Positions 13,322 through 26,574 of a DNA stretch of 64,000 nucleotides are shown one piece after another. Under the pieces are notes generated by a model. It saw nothing but the letters and a program-made list of their open reading frames with translations. It was not told where the DNA came from and did no database searches. The DNA lies in NCBI GenBank assembly GCA_026770705.1, contig JANJGN010000034.1, forward strand, positions 5,394,001 through 5,458,000, read 5' to 3'. This stretch comes from Isurus oxyrinchus (Eukaryota). Each line of letters starts with the position of its first letter. The stretch's first letter is position 1. Both the position numbers and the translations under genes were made by a program.

Positions 13322-15249
13322 GTCAGTGATCGTAAATGTTAAGTCATTTGTGGTTATCACCAGATATACTGGAAGATAAAATCCTGAGTTATGGAACTAA
13401 AAATGATTCTGTGTGGAATTATGATGCATATCTACAATGAACCAATAAAATAATTGCATTTCCTGAAGCGACCTGCTGTTCCCAATCGCCCATGCGTTCC
13501 AGCTGTGAAAATTGCATCAAGTATTTTATCGAAAATATCAGGGTAAATGATGAATTACATGGGAGGAGCTATACATTTTTGAAGATTGAGAACTGGTCAT
13601 GTGGTCTATCATTTGGAAGCGACTTATTTATTTTTTGTACAAGCCACTAGCCATCCTTCCTTGCCTCAACTTACTGACGCCAGATTCCATTTCTCCAATC
13701 CTTGTTTCATGATCGTCTCCACCTGTAGCTGCATCTGTGCACTCCGCCCGATATTGGTTATTTTGTATCCATCTCAAAATTCTGATCTCCTGTTTGAAGA
13801 ACACATATATTAGAATATTATTTAAGAATCTATCTTCAAACATTTAATGATGTGGATAAATATTGGTTCATGTTGAGCATCTGTGCACAAGCGGAGAAAA
13901 AATATTCCACAGCAATGTAGCTGGGTTGAACGGGGGAAAAAAATGTAATTAATGCCTGTCTGAAGGACCTCAATTCTGATCGCAATACCCCAGAAATATT
14001 CTTGCAAAATTCATCCATTCGAGAAAAGTGTTATTCTCTGCTAAATAAAGTTCATTCCTTAACGTTTAACGCTCCAAAGCGTACTAGAATTTTACATAGA
14101 ATATCAAATTACAACGTGAGGGCATACTACTGAATTTCTGCAACAGAGCCAGACAGCCAACTTTACTGTTGCTGCCGAATATACGAAGGATGTGATCCAT
14201 TTTCTTTCCCACTTAAACTGAAATTGGACAAGGATATTGGACGCAATCAAAGTTAACTCAACCTCAACTCATTGAAAAGAATATGAACTGTTCTGAGCAT
14301 CTCCTGGCCACTTCAAACCCGGAAGATCCTTTTTTCTTGGAATGTATCATGATTGCTGTCGCAAAATGTGTGTCATTATCAAGTGATCGATGAATGAAAT
14401 GTTCTCCTGAATATAGCCTGTCAGAAAAGTCTTATATTGCCGATTCTTAATGTTATTATGATTACATGCTTTAAAAAAAATCAATGTTTAATCATCTCAA
14501 TGCAATCTTCAAATGCCAAAGGGGACAGAGGCTCTGGAGTCATAAGTGGGAAAAGATTTCGACAACACAAGCGCTCAATTTTTGATGAAATGAAGAATGG
14601 AGGCCAAAACTTTCCTTTCATATTCCAATACCTGTAATTCCATTGCATGTTCACTATAATTAAGATTCCGTATTTTCATGTTACCTCCTATCCACTATCT
14701 GATGCATGTGTGCAGAAATTAAATCTGAGTAGTGAAATGGCAATCTACTGGTTTCGTTATGAAAAGGAAAGGAAACAGGGCAAGCCAATGCTCAACCAGG
14801 GGCGTTCGAATCAATGACGTGCAAGACCTTGAAACAAGGAGTTCATTTAAGAAACAAATCTTCACAAAAAACGATTTGGATCACAAATGCATTTCAGTTG
14901 GGAAATTGTAGTCCTCGCCCCATCTTTTGCTTCAGACAACAATTATGTAGACTCTTAACTTCCTGCAGCAATGTTCAAGCAATCGCTACAAAGAGGAAAA
15001 TATTACTGCGACAGGGTCTTGATGTAATATATAGGGATAAAAACCAGTAAGCTTTCCAGGTGCACCAATCATGCCTTCCTCGCCAGCAGCAGAAAAGGGA
15101 GAATTTCCAATATTAATGGAAGTCATTATTTCAGAATCTACAATAAAGGGGTAGCGGTGCTGGGCAACACGGGATTCTGGGGTGATGTGGGTTGGCGAAA
15201 CAGCAGGTACTTGGAGATATTTTAGCAAATAATGCAGAGACACCATGGA

Positions 15250-15800
15250 TTTGAAAAAGGAAGATTGTACTTCATAACTATAACTGTTTTGTTCTTAATT
15301 ATGTAAGGCACAATTTGAAGGAATGGAATATGTACATGTTTAAGAGCATTTTTGGCAATGCACGCCATAATATGTTGGTTACCAGTATAGGCTTGCGTGT
15401 GATAGGGTTAGAATCGTTTAAGACTAAAGCGGAAATGCAAAGCAATTTTTCAGAATTGTAACCAATGTGCTTGGACAGAGTGATACGGAATTCACGTGTT
15501 CAACTATTTGAGGTTAGCAGGAAGAAAGAAATGAGAGACTTTTTAGCAAAGCATAATTGACCATCTATTTGATAAATAGATGTATGTTTAGCAAATGGAG
15601 AGAGGCTGGGTTGAACTTGATTAGGATGAGAAATCTTCGTTGCATTATTGGCTTTGAGGAGCTGGCATGGTTTTCCTTTGCCACGAGCAATGTGGTGCGG
15701 AAATTTGGCCAGGCCGTTCAATGTATGGCGGTTTTAAATTACGTCCACGTTTAAACGCTGCATCGATTAGAAGAGGATTAGAGAGATCGGAGGACACAAA
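15250..15800 (+). mobile_element. CR1 LINE fragment
   Basis: CR1-like 3' ORF2 motifs ('gaatggaatat', 'ttagcaaatggagagaggctggg'). Confidence 0.4.
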
Positions 15801-16989
15801 TGTAATGTCCTGAAAAACAGTTGCCAGAAGATCTGAGAAAGGACGTTATTTCACTTAGGGAATTCCATAATTCAATAAGTCTCTGATTCTAATATTATTG
15901 TACGCCAAGAGTAACAACGATATGAAAGTGAAGTTGGTTGCAGAATTCATGAAGTTAAAATTACAGGACTGCTGAAATAATGCTGTGTGAATTGATGGCC
16001 TGGTTTTTCGAGAGAGAACTGTCATGGGTTGTTAAGGTTCATTGTGCCCTGTGAAAATTTCACCATGGCTCAATGGCATTAACAGTCTGAGCGCGTATCC
16101 ACCATTGGAGAAAAGAAAAACACAGTGGGAATGGCAAAGTGTACCATCACAGGTGATTGTACACTGGCTGTACACGTTAGCACTTTGACGACAGACTCCA
16201 GAAACCCTCGTGGCTGAAAGTTAAAATGTGTCATTGGCCAATGTTGGCTGATTATCACCTATTGCTCAAATTCTTCAATGCTCCACGTTTTTTGAAAACA
16301 ACCTGGAAGACGAATCAGTAAATGCATGGCACAGAAAATACTATGTCCGCCAAACTCAGTAGTCATTCAAAATTTTAATTTGTTAAAGGCAGTGCAGAGT
16401 GAGCTGGCACAACCCTGTCAAATTGGTGAGAGACAGAAAATGCAACTGTCCATACAAATAATGTTACGAGTGTAGGAATTCTCAGGTCTTAAAGCCCAAA
16501 ATAAGTATTAAAATTGAAGGTCCCCATGTCTCTATATAACCCAATCGCTTACGTGAAATCCAGGATGCTCCAGACCATATAAGAGAACATATCGCACTTG
16601 GTGGGCACCCCATGCTACACATCGGGAATATTCTTTCAATACCAAAAGTACACAATGGCAAAGCTGTGTAACATAAAGAGCTTGCACTGCTGCATCTCAC
16701 CACTCGTCTTATGATAGTTGCTTCCAAATCAGCGTTATTTAATTTCCTGATTTAAAAAATGCATTATAAATCTGAGGGCAGCATCTGCAAGCTCTTTTCC
16801 AAGAGACGCAATATTCTGACTTTATCTCGCTTCGCAAATGCCTAAGAACTCATTTCGTCAGAGATCTGTAAGTGAACAGATGGACTTCTAACATTCAAGA
16901 ATCCGTGCACCATGAACCTCTCAAGCCCAATTTTGAATGGGCATTGTGCAAGTTCATCCATCATTATTTCCTCCATGTACAGTAAGCAT

Positions 16990-17085
16990 GTTTGTTTTTG
17001 TATGTCTGTGTGGGTGTGTGTGTTTGTGTGTGAGTTCATCTGTTAGCTTGTGTTTGTGCTTATGTTTGTTTGTTTGTGTGTGCAT
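16990..17085 (+). repeat. Degenerate (TG)n/(TTTG)n microsatellite
   Basis: Seen directly. Confidence 0.85.
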
Positions 17086-17448
17086 GCAGGTAGTCTTTCC
17101 GCCTCTCGAACCTCCCCCCATATCCTGGTACGACGGCGCTGGTCTGCGTCTTAACTAAACCTCACTCTGCCCCCTGTCTCTTAATATACTTGCGACCAAA
17201 AACATAAATAAATAAAGCTAAAAATATATTTCTAAAAAGCTGAAACATTTAAATGGCATCATTCCATAATTTCTGCTCCTGCTTATGTGAAGTAAATTTT
17301 GTCCATATCAAGGCTAAACAGCTGAAATTGTTTTTAACTTTGTGTTAATTTGACCTCTTCATTAACCAGAGTGCGGCAGTGGAAAATAGATGCACAATGC
17401 ATTTCGGGTTGAGGTGCAGCAATGTTAATTTTTTTTTTTCTCAATCAG

Positions 17449-17475
17449 GAGGACAGAACCTTCAAGACGAATTAG
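17449..17475 (+). CDS. micro-exon m6, 27 nt, GGQNLQDEL
   Basis: long T-run then ctcaatcag|GAGGAC...GAATTAG|gtagaa. Confidence 0.82.
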   Translation, partial: EDRTFKTN

Positions 17476-18240
17476 GTAGAATGCATCAAAATGTTTTAAA
17501 TTGACTATCAAACAGCACGCATATGTGACGGTAAAAATACACTGCGGCAGAACATCTACTGACATTTTATTCAATCTACATTTTGTTTTGGCGTTCAGAA
17601 TATCCAACGTTGCATATATATTTCACACTCCACATCTTTTACCAAGTTATGTCAGCTCTAGTAAGGACACAGTGAATAACTCGAGGCACTTCAAAATTTA
17701 AGTAGGCCGAAGCTGCCTGGAGCCCCAAATTACGTGCCCTCACCTCAGCTTTTCAATGTTCACTGCCCATCAGCTCCAGGTTCTTCAACTATGTAAGTTG
17801 CTGGAAGATTGATTTAGCAAAGGCAACAGACCACACGCCACCTTAACGGCAGACAGGTGGATCTAGCTAAGTCGTTATCACTGACCAACGCCATTGAAGG
17901 ATTGACAAATAAACAAAGATGCAAATGCGGGTGGACTTAAGTAAATGGTCAAATAAAATGCCAAATCACGAGCAGCCAGGTTCAAGAAAAATGTGACACA
18001 TATCGTTAATAGCTCAAAAAAAAGATGGTGTAACAAAAAAGAGAAATCAGTTAGTCATTTTCTCAAATTAAAAATTGTAACATTTGTTTTTTCACGAAAA
18101 AAAAAACACCAGATGGATTACCTTCCACAAATATGTTGATCCCTTTCTTGGCTCAGAATTTTAATCAGCAATCATCAAAATTGCAATGCTTGATAACGAC
18201 GTTAGCTGTGAAACCTCACTTCAGTTCGTTCATTCCTACA

Positions 18241-18562
18241 GAATAAAGAATAAAGATTACTCTGACGCTCAAGATAGTTTTAGGGTTTTCAATGTGTGTC
18301 TATTGTGCTGCAGAGGGAACACATAACAACATGAAGATTACAGGAAAGGAGATTTGGTTCGAGGTTATGACATCAATTGTGTACTGGCGGGTCACAGTGA
18401 AAGGCCAAATGACCCACCATGACACAATTGATGTCATAACATCAAACCAAATCTCCCTTCCAGTAATCTTCATGTTGTTATTTGTTCCCCCTGCAGGTCA
18501 GTAGACACACATTTAAAACCCTAAAAAAATTTTGAGCGTCAGAATAATCTTCATTTTTATTC
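18241..18562. repeat. Imperfect long inverted repeat / foldback (arms about 154 bp, 15-nt loop 18395-18409); MITE-like
   Basis: gaataaagaataaagattactctgacgctcaa...ttatgacatcaattgtgt...gggtca pairs with tgaccc...acacaattgatgtcataa...ttgagcgtcagaataatcttcatttttattc. Confidence 0.92.
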
Positions 18563-20039
18563 GGAGCTGGGAGGTGATGGTGGTGGTGGTGGTAGGATAC
18601 CCCAAGGATGGGCCTTCGGAAGTTCCCAGTTATGGTTGGCATTTCAGTTGCCAGGAAATCAAACTTCCCCTGCCAATTACACTGCATTTTCAGGCATTCG
18701 AAAAAATGTGATTTAAATTGTGCATAGGCTTAGCGAGCTTACCAACATGTACACGGGACAAGATAGAAAAATAAATAAAAAAATCCAAATTGGGATACCT
18801 ATTGCAAATTCAGACACAAAATAGTTTCAATAATAGGAAAACACCTGAGGATATTTCGCAAAACCGCTAACCCTCACTGCGACCCCAGGTACCAGGTGAT
18901 TGCAACCCCCGCCCTATAAACCAGGAGTCATGCTCCCAGCAAAGACACCCGGCCCAATTCTTGCACGGAAGACTCCCTCCACACACTTGGGGCTCTTCTA
19001 CCCCCGTACAGGTCCGTATCCCTGTCTCTAAGCACGCGATGTCCTACCAGAGCCATTCTCGACCCTCCACCTCCAAGCTTGCTCCCAGAGGCACGACCAC
19101 ACTCACCATCGAGGCCTGACCCCAGCATCGTCAAGGGTGCCCGATCCCCAAAGTACTCCCGTTGATGACACCACGCCCAGACACATTAAATTCTAGCCTC
19201 CATGCCCCATGCTGCCCAATCACAAACGGTGCTGAGATCCAACATCCGTGACAGGTTTGACACCCCGCCCCCTTGTCAACACACCCCGAGACCCTGTTGT
19301 CTCACCACCGCATTCTGATGCCCAACAAGCAACGTGAAAACAAATTCTCAAACCCCAGATTCAAGAAACAGCCCACCAGCTGCTTCGGGTCCGGAGATCA
19401 GGAGACTCTGAGGCCTCACCCCCATGACCCAAAGCACTTACATCCAAATCCCAGAAAGAGTATGCAATTCCCTGATACATATCATTTCTCCCTTCCATGT
19501 GAATCACCATTCAATGTCATCGGACCTTTTAACCTACCAATTTTACACGAAAAAAAAGGCCTCTTAGCGTCCTTCTCTTTGTCAGAGTTGCACTCGCAGC
19601 TCGGCCCCATTGATTGCACAGCATGTCTTTGGATCATCCTGGCCAGAGTGAGAATGTCGAGTGATAACAGGTTTCAGGGATTGAGATGGGAATGGAGTGA
19701 CAATCCGACGCTGGTTGGCACTCCGAGGATGCTCAGGCCTTTTGGAACATAAATGAATATGTAACAGCTGGCAACTTTCCAACTATTGTCAGAAAGTATT
19801 GCGAGCTAAACTATCCATATCGCTGTCGCACTTGTTTTAAAGCTGACAGTATTGTTACTGTTCAGAAATTCTCAAAAGCCGTAGATATGACATCAATATT
19901 TTTTTTAAATACTGAAAACTAATAAATCATTACTAACCAAGGCTCTTGACAAACAGTTCCTGTACATATAGCACCTATCTCAGATAAAGTACGACACACA
20001 CAAGCATTCTCATCCGAACAAATTGAAAAAATTGAATAT

Positions 20040-21170
20040 TCATCAAGCATGTAGAGTCATGAGAGGGAAGGCGAATCTAATCAGGCAAAAACTCAATATC
20101 TTTCAATCAAAAACAAAATTGTGAAATGACTTTTGAACTGGTATGCAGCTGCCCATCTTCAACAATAAACTGCTTATCTTGGGTTTCCTTTAAGGTATTA
20201 AGAGACCAAGTGGGGCATCAAGGATAGCTAGTGAATTTGAAATCAAGGAGAAAAATGGGGGGAAAACCTCAATATTGGCTGGAGACTTAACAAGCACGAA
20301 CAAATCTAATTGTTTCTGACAGAAGCTAATCAAACCATCGTACATTATCGTTGCAAGAGTTCCTCAGGGGACATATTCATCTGTCTCATCAGTTGTATTG
20401 AATGCATCATAACGTCACTTCGCTAATGATTGTGCAATTTTCAGTTCTATTCCGGTACCTCATCTAATAATAAAAAAATAACTAGCAGTCATGGACAATG
20501 GCCTGCACACAAATGAAAACAGTGCCCAATTGTATCATTATTATCCCTCAATACGTTGCATCAATTTTAAAGGCGTTGCCATAAATGGTTCGCCCGCAAT
20601 TAACAACATGGAGGCGGCCATTAAAAATAAACTTAATTGGTATAGGCACGTAAATGCAGCCGCTGCAATTTGAGGTCAGGCAGTGGGAAATCTGCGTAGA
20701 GTACCTGACATCCTGGCTCTCCAAATCCTGCCACCACCTACAGGATGCAAGGCAGGTTTTCTTCCTGAATAACACTATATTACCCTTATGCCTGCAAAGT
20801 CATTAGTACTGATTCAAGTAATTTTGGCAACAAACGAACATTCCACAAGGCAAAATAGTACACGTCTTGGACACTCCACATATCGATTACTAGCGCACGG
20901 TAGGAACAGTGTACGATACAAAGAGCGATCCAGGAACTCAGTAAAATCTTTCAAGAACACGTTCCAAAATTAAAGTTTCTGTCGCCTTGAAAGATCAGAG
21001 CAGGAAGGAATTTGGCAAACCACTAAACGCATGTTCTCCTCGAAACGATACAGAAACTGGTCGGAGGTATGTCATTATTATTTTCGTCGTCAATCAGTTA
21101 AAATCCTGGAACTCGCTCTCGAACAGCGCGACGGTCTGCCACACCACACGGACTCTACTAATTCAAACAT
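20040..21170 (+). mobile_element. Degenerate LINE RT/3' end, sense
   Basis: 'ttcgctaatgattgt' (FA[N/D]DC, RT catalytic-motif remnant) near 20420; 3' motif 'aaaatcctggaactc...aacagc...caccacacggact'. Confidence 0.65.
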
Positions 21171-21849
21171 GTTTTTCCCCAATTTTCCTTGCCACAAAAA
21201 CCACATCACGTTAATAAAAATAACATAATTTGTCTTGTAAGATATTGTAAAAAAAAAACTGAAGCTTTAGGCAAAGTCGGGATTGAAAATCAGTGAGGAA
21301 TTTTAAATCGAGACACTGCTGAAATGAAACTTGTCTTATATCTGTCCAGAAGTTTGTGTTAGTTTGTACACGTGGAACCAAGTTGTCCATGCCTCTAAAT
21401 TTAGGAGGGGGTGCGTGATGTGAGGCCGTCAAGTACGGCATTCCAGCTGTCAAATTTAGGGGGAACATGGCTGAAATCCTCAGCAATAATTTCGGGAAAA
21501 GGGGCATGAATCTGGAGGGTCCGTGACACTTGATCAAAGTGATTTCGGAGAGGATATGACAGGAACTATGAAAGATATTAGGGAAAGATGGAACCTCCGG
21601 TTGAGAACATTTGTCAATATTTGGTGATTTGCAGCCCAGTTGCTTGGGGCAACGAAATATGCATACAGAAATTGAACAGTCGGCCTGATCTGCACAGATA
21701 TATAAGTCAACATCTCCGGACCTGCAACAGCTATAACGCCGAACTTGTGTCTTCGATCAGTTTCAGCCTGAGCAACATATGCGTTTGATGTACATCTATG
21801 AACGAGGTGTTTCTACTACTTAACTGATATTTTAATAAATATTTTATAG

Positions 21850-21879
21850 ATAAATGTGAAGCACTTCTTCGAGACGTCA
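21850..21879 (+). CDS. micro-exon m7, 30 nt, DKCEALLRDV
   Basis: aatattttatag|ATAAAT...GACGTCA|gtaagt. Confidence 0.85.
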
Positions 21880-22371
21880 GTAAGTGTGGTCCTTTATTTT
21901 TTGGAGTCGGCCATTTGCAACTTCCAGTAATTGTTACCACGAAAGAAAATGCTGCCTTAACTCGAGATAAACACGCGCGGCCTCACTTCAGACTTTTTAC
22001 AGTCATTAATTCCCTTAAGTAAAAAAATGTACAAACCTCAACTTTGAAAATTTTAGTCTACCCTGTGCTGCACAGCATTTGTTTAAGAAATCCCGATTTT
22101 TACACTCTTTATCGGAAAAATTGTTGTGAAAGGCCCAGCAGTTATTTTTTCATTGGATGAGGCAAGCGAGGTGCGCGAATCTTCGGAACCTTTGGAGTCT
22201 ATGGCCAATTACTGTAACGATCACAAGCATTATTAGTTCAGTAGAAATTAGCATGAAATCCATCAATACATGAAGTATTCCGCTCCACCAATCACAGTTG
22301 AAATTTTATCTGGCAGCAACTGTGAATAGAGAGAGTTGGTGTTTCATTTTGATGGTCTTTCAAAATTACAT

Positions 22372-22514
22372 AGAGATAAAAACTAAGAAAACTGCGGATG
22401 CTGGAAATCCAAAACAAAAACAGAATTACCTGGAAAAACTCAGCAGGTCTGGCAGCATCGGCGGAGAAGAAAAGAGTTGACGTTTCGAGTCCTCATGACC
22501 CTTCGACAGAAGGG

Positions 22515-22548
<34 letters not shown>

Positions 22549-22713
22549 CGCCCCCCCACACACACACCTTAAACCAGCTTATATTTCAACTCTTTCTTGG
22601 ACTCGAAATCAAGTTCTGTCGAAGGGTCATGAGGACTCGAAACGTCAACTCTTTTCTTCTCCGCCGATGCTGCCAGACCTGCTGAGTTTTTCCAGGTAAT
22701 TCTGTTTTTGTTT
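22372..22713. mobile_element. Young truncated Penelope-like element with perfect 100-bp inverted arms and a flanking direct repeat (TSD)
   Basis: 22412-22511 is the exact reverse complement of 22614-22713; TTTCAAAATTACAT occurs at 22358-22371 and 22711-22724. Confidence 0.85.
22611..22651 (+). ncRNA. Minimal type-I hammerhead-ribozyme-like motif in the Penelope-like repeat (variant core CUGUCGA); mirrored copy on the - strand in the left arm
   Basis: agtt-CTGTCGA-a-gggtc(atgag)gactc-GAAAC-GTC-aact: stem I, stem II, GAAAC and a GUC site are present; the core differs from CUGANGA. Confidence 0.55.
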
Positions 22714-23842
22714 CAAAATTACATGTCTGGGTTGAACGCTCATATTTGCAGGGGTGCTCATTTTCTGAAACACTTTGCTGCTGTGCACCTTTACAGTCAA
22801 TTATTCTATTAAAAAAAAGTTTAAAGTTTGTGATATGCGACGATTGTCAACGGAAGGATAAAAAAACTTGGGCGGGGAGTTGTTATTTTTTTATTTGGCG
22901 GTGGGAAAAGTGATAAAAATCTTACGAAATGACCATTTTATGTTATATTTGTGATTCAGAGAGAATTCCAGAAGGCTTTTTAAGGCATATTTATGTAATT
23001 CTGCCCTGGTCATCGAAGCTGTTAACGCATGGTATAAACGAACAAATGTTGGAATTAAAATTCATCAGAGGCGTCTAGCTCTTTGACTGTCCGTCATTGG
23101 CACAACTAACTCAAACTGACATTGACTACAATGGAATTCACAGTTGAGTGAAGCCTTGAATGAAGCGATTCAGGACAGCAAAAATCAATCTAGTAACTGA
23201 ATCGCATGTCGGGAGAAATATGGATTTGCTGTGTCTCTTTCCGCACTGGGCACGATTTTCATGTCGGCCATGAGATAATATTTTTGTCTGCAGCGCACTT
23301 TTCCAATGTGAAATCGGATCAATTTTTCAAAGTCTATTAAAACAAATAGCCTCTATCAACTAGTTTTATATTCTCTATGTGTGTTTACGCCCAGTTCATC
23401 GCTACTTTCAAAATCACAGGATATATAACTGAAAGATCTCAGTCACAAGGTTGAATATTCAACTCTAAGCATTTCCATTCATTATGTTAATTCAAACCGC
23501 ATCAATGGACTATCGCAATTGTTGTCTCTTAATAGAGAACTCAATTCAATTCAGGCCTGATTTTTGAGATGGATGTCGGAAAACGCATGACAATCATGGT
23601 AGGGCAGATTCCAATATCCAGCCTTAAAACACTGCAATCACATTATCTCGCAAAAATGGAATTGCTATCAAAGGGAGGTCGTTTATTGTAACTTGACTGT
23701 TTTTTTTCCCAAGCCATACAATATATATCCTTCATAAATTCATTCGAAAACAACGTGAGACCGCTTCATGTCGTGAATAGGCATATGCTCGTTTCCTTCC
23801 GTTCATTTTCATTAATGCTCTGCCATTAACATTTTTAACCAG

Positions 23843-23869
23843 TTGCCGAAAACCTGAAGCATGAAGAAG
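23843..23869 (+). CDS. micro-exon m8, 27 nt, IAENLKHEE
   Basis: catttttaaccag|TTGCCG...GAAGAAG|gtgatt; a 9-aa exon here is what the heptad register between m7 and m9 requires. Confidence 0.7.
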
Positions 23870-24569
23870 GTGATTAACGCTGCTAATATAATATAAGTCA
23901 TTTATCAACTATAAAATGTTCCTTTTCCTTATGTACTTCACAGCACTTCCATATCGCATTGTAATTACTTCCATTCCTCCACTAAACATCAAAGAACACG
24001 CCTAAGGCAACGTATTTTCAGCTGCTCCGTCTCTGGTGCAATGATGATCGAATCGGCGGTTCCTACACGTTTTTAATTACGTGGCGAGAGAAACATTTGG
24101 CTTGCTCTGTCTTCTCATGTTGCTTGGTTGCCAAAATGCAACTTGGGATTAACACATCAAAGAATGTTCTTCGTCCCGTGGTGCCTCCGGTACTGATATG
24201 TAATGTCCCAGTGGCCACAATCTTTGCGTTTCGACTTGAAAGATGTTTTCTGGTATGATGCAATATACATTGTGGAAAGAGGGAACAGGGGCTTGTTTTT
24301 TTGAAATTCAGGTTACAGGCTTGTCTCAATCAAAGACGTTTTCATTCAGGCCTTCTGAGTGTCTTTCTGGTTTGCAAAATATGTATTTTGGGAAAGCGAA
24401 CACAAGTACCTTCACAAGTTCATTCTGCTCATGACCCAAGGCATGCACAAAGATGGAATGGCACACACATGTATGGAAGAATGTTTGCCCTTCCTGCCAA
24501 AAAAAAACTACAAATGCGTTTGTTCACTGGATTCATAAGGCATGAGAGTTCTATTGTGCCTTTCGGATA

Positions 24570-25085
24570 GGTCATGCAGGAATGAACAGGGGAGAAAAAT
24601 CGACATCAGTCCCAACACTCCCGATATCGATCACCCAGCTTATTTGATATGCTAGCAGAGATGCTCTCGTCTTTGAGTGGAAAGTCGCATGGTGCAATGT
24701 TCCACTCCTGACCTTCGAGCACATAATTTGGGTTTGTACATCCACTGCCACAGTTGTGCCCTTTGGATGCAACATAGAAATGATGGCACAGTTTTCCCAT
24801 CCATTGGATGAAATTCCTCCCCTGACACTATTTCAAATAGGAACGTCTTACCTGGCCTTCAATTTCTTGTCTCGGCCAATAATTGCCCTTCACAGACACT
24901 CACAAAAAGTGTATGATCTGTTCATTATCGCATTCTTACCTGTGGGAGCTCCTTGTGCATATATATAAATTTAAAGTTGTTTTTGCAACATCACAGGAAA
25001 GACCACTACAAAAAATTAAATGCTTGCAAAGTATTTTGCGGACATGCTGAGGTGCTGAACAGTGTGTGATGATTGTATATATTTT
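24570..25085 (+). mobile_element. Degenerate Deu-domain-type SINE remnant
   Basis: Remnants resembling the recalled SacSINE/DeuSINE body ('ccactcctgaccttcgagcacataat') and an L2-type tail ('ttttgcggacatgctgaggt'). Confidence 0.4.
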
Positions 25086-25274
25086 AAATATGCTAACCAT
25101 ACTTAGAAACAAACTTCCTTGGTAAAAATGCAGTGCCAGCTAACAAAATCTGAACCAAGTGCAACTCAAGACTCTTCTGCACCATACATGCCCAGCAAAT
25201 GTTGCTGGCGGTCAGGATACGGGAACTACCTCGTTTTTGTTCTAACAATCGCAATTGTTGTAGGTGGGTTGGTG

Positions 25275-25660
25275 AGATAGTGGTGTCGTGGTAATATGAG
25301 TAGACAATATTCTAGAGTCCCACGTGAAATACCGGGGCATTTATTCAAATCTCACCATGACAGCTGTTTTAATTTGAGCTCAACATACCACCTAAATTTG
25401 AAAGCTCTTCTCTTAAGGTAGGACACGAAACATTTATTGATTATTGTATAAACTCATTCGGTTCACTAATGGCCTTTAGGCAAAATAAAAATATTCAATC
25501 CTTTCCTGGTATGGCCTACATGTAAATACAGACACACATCAATATGTTGAGTACTTACGTGTCCTCTGAATAGGCCAATCATGACACTCAGTTCAAGGAA
25601 AATTAGGTCTCCGTAAATAATATTAGATTTTGTAGCGGCACTTCATCCCATGAAGGAGTA
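25275..25660 (+). mobile_element. tRNA-derived SINE with LINE-derived tail
   Basis: A-box-like tggtgtcgtggt, B-box-like ttcaaatctc, body 'ggttcactaatggcctttagg...ggcctacatgt', tail 'catcccatgaa'. Confidence 0.65.
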
Positions 25661-25896
25661 AATACGAATGACACAGAGAGAACGATATTGAATTCAATTG
25701 CAGATTGATTCCCTTGGTGATTTTGAATAGCGATGGAAAAGAAAGTGGCATGTCAAGGACTCCTTTTTCTTCAATCAAAATAATTTTATTCTCATTGCAT
25801 ATGATTCCTGAGGTGTTAATTCGTTAACAGTGCACTGACATCATATTTTATGTTTATGTTAAAATGGCATTGATGATCTCGTCCATCTGCTTCCAG

Positions 25897-25932
25897 CAAT
25901 TGACCTACTGGAAGAGGAACGTAAAGATGCTA
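25897..25932 (+). CDS. micro-exon m9, 36 nt, AIDLLEEERKDA
   Basis: tccatctgcttccag|CAATTG...GATGCTA|gtaagg. Confidence 0.85.
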
Positions 25933-25999
25933 GTAAGGAATCACATTCATACATATGTTGTCATTTGAAATGAAATGATTCCTTCACGTCCTGATCACG

Positions 26000-26470
26000 T
26001 AAAAACACAGACTTTTAGCTCATGTATATGCCGCCAAGCACCAAATCTCTGCCAAGCATCACACTTAACTTATATTGGCTCCTGGTTCGAAATTCCTTTA
26101 ATTTTAAAATTGTATTTCTAACTGGAAATTCTCTCAAAGACAAGGACTTCTCCCTATATATTTAGCATCTTCTCGCCCTACAATCGTCTATTTTTTCTAC
26201 GTTCTTCCAATTCTGGCAGCATTAAAATCACCCAATTTCAATTGATAGTTGCCAGAATTCTACAGTTTGATATTTGCTCCTTCAATATCTCCGCCTTTAT
26301 AAGCCTATGGATTTCTTTCAGTGATATTCAAACCTACCTCCTTAACAAAAGTGTAGCTTTTTTCCGCAGTTTTCATTTTACATGCCTTAAACTTCCCCCA
26401 ATTCATGCAAAGTTAAATGCTGTTTCATAATGTCCTTGTGAATATGAATGGAAATTTTACTAGCCTAATG
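26000..26470 (+). mobile_element. L2-like LINE 3' fragment
   Basis: 'tattggctcctggtt...ttttaaaattg' motif typical of L2 3' ORF2 ends. Confidence 0.4.
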
Positions 26471-26574
26471 ACGCTGCTTAAGCCCAAATCGTCTTTGCTG
26501 ATGATGCACACGGTGCATGGAGCCATGCATTTCCATTGTCAGAGGTTATTTATAGCTAGATAGGACAAGTAGTC

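Noticed and set aside
15035-15046. 12-nt in-phase AG/GT segment (similar one at about 58463-58474)
   Set aside because: Poor pyrimidine tract, outside the size classes and not required by the register
22958-22984. 27-nt stretch reading REFQKAF* that resembles the KKEL exon class
   Set aside because: In-frame stop, no correctly placed AG, and a GC donor
5956-24494. Putative minus-strand gene from exon-like segments near 24411-24494, 16571-16746, 9567-9817 and 5956-6092
   Set aside because: Phases do not chain, no recognisable protein family, and the 9.5-9.8 kb piece looks like a repeat remnant
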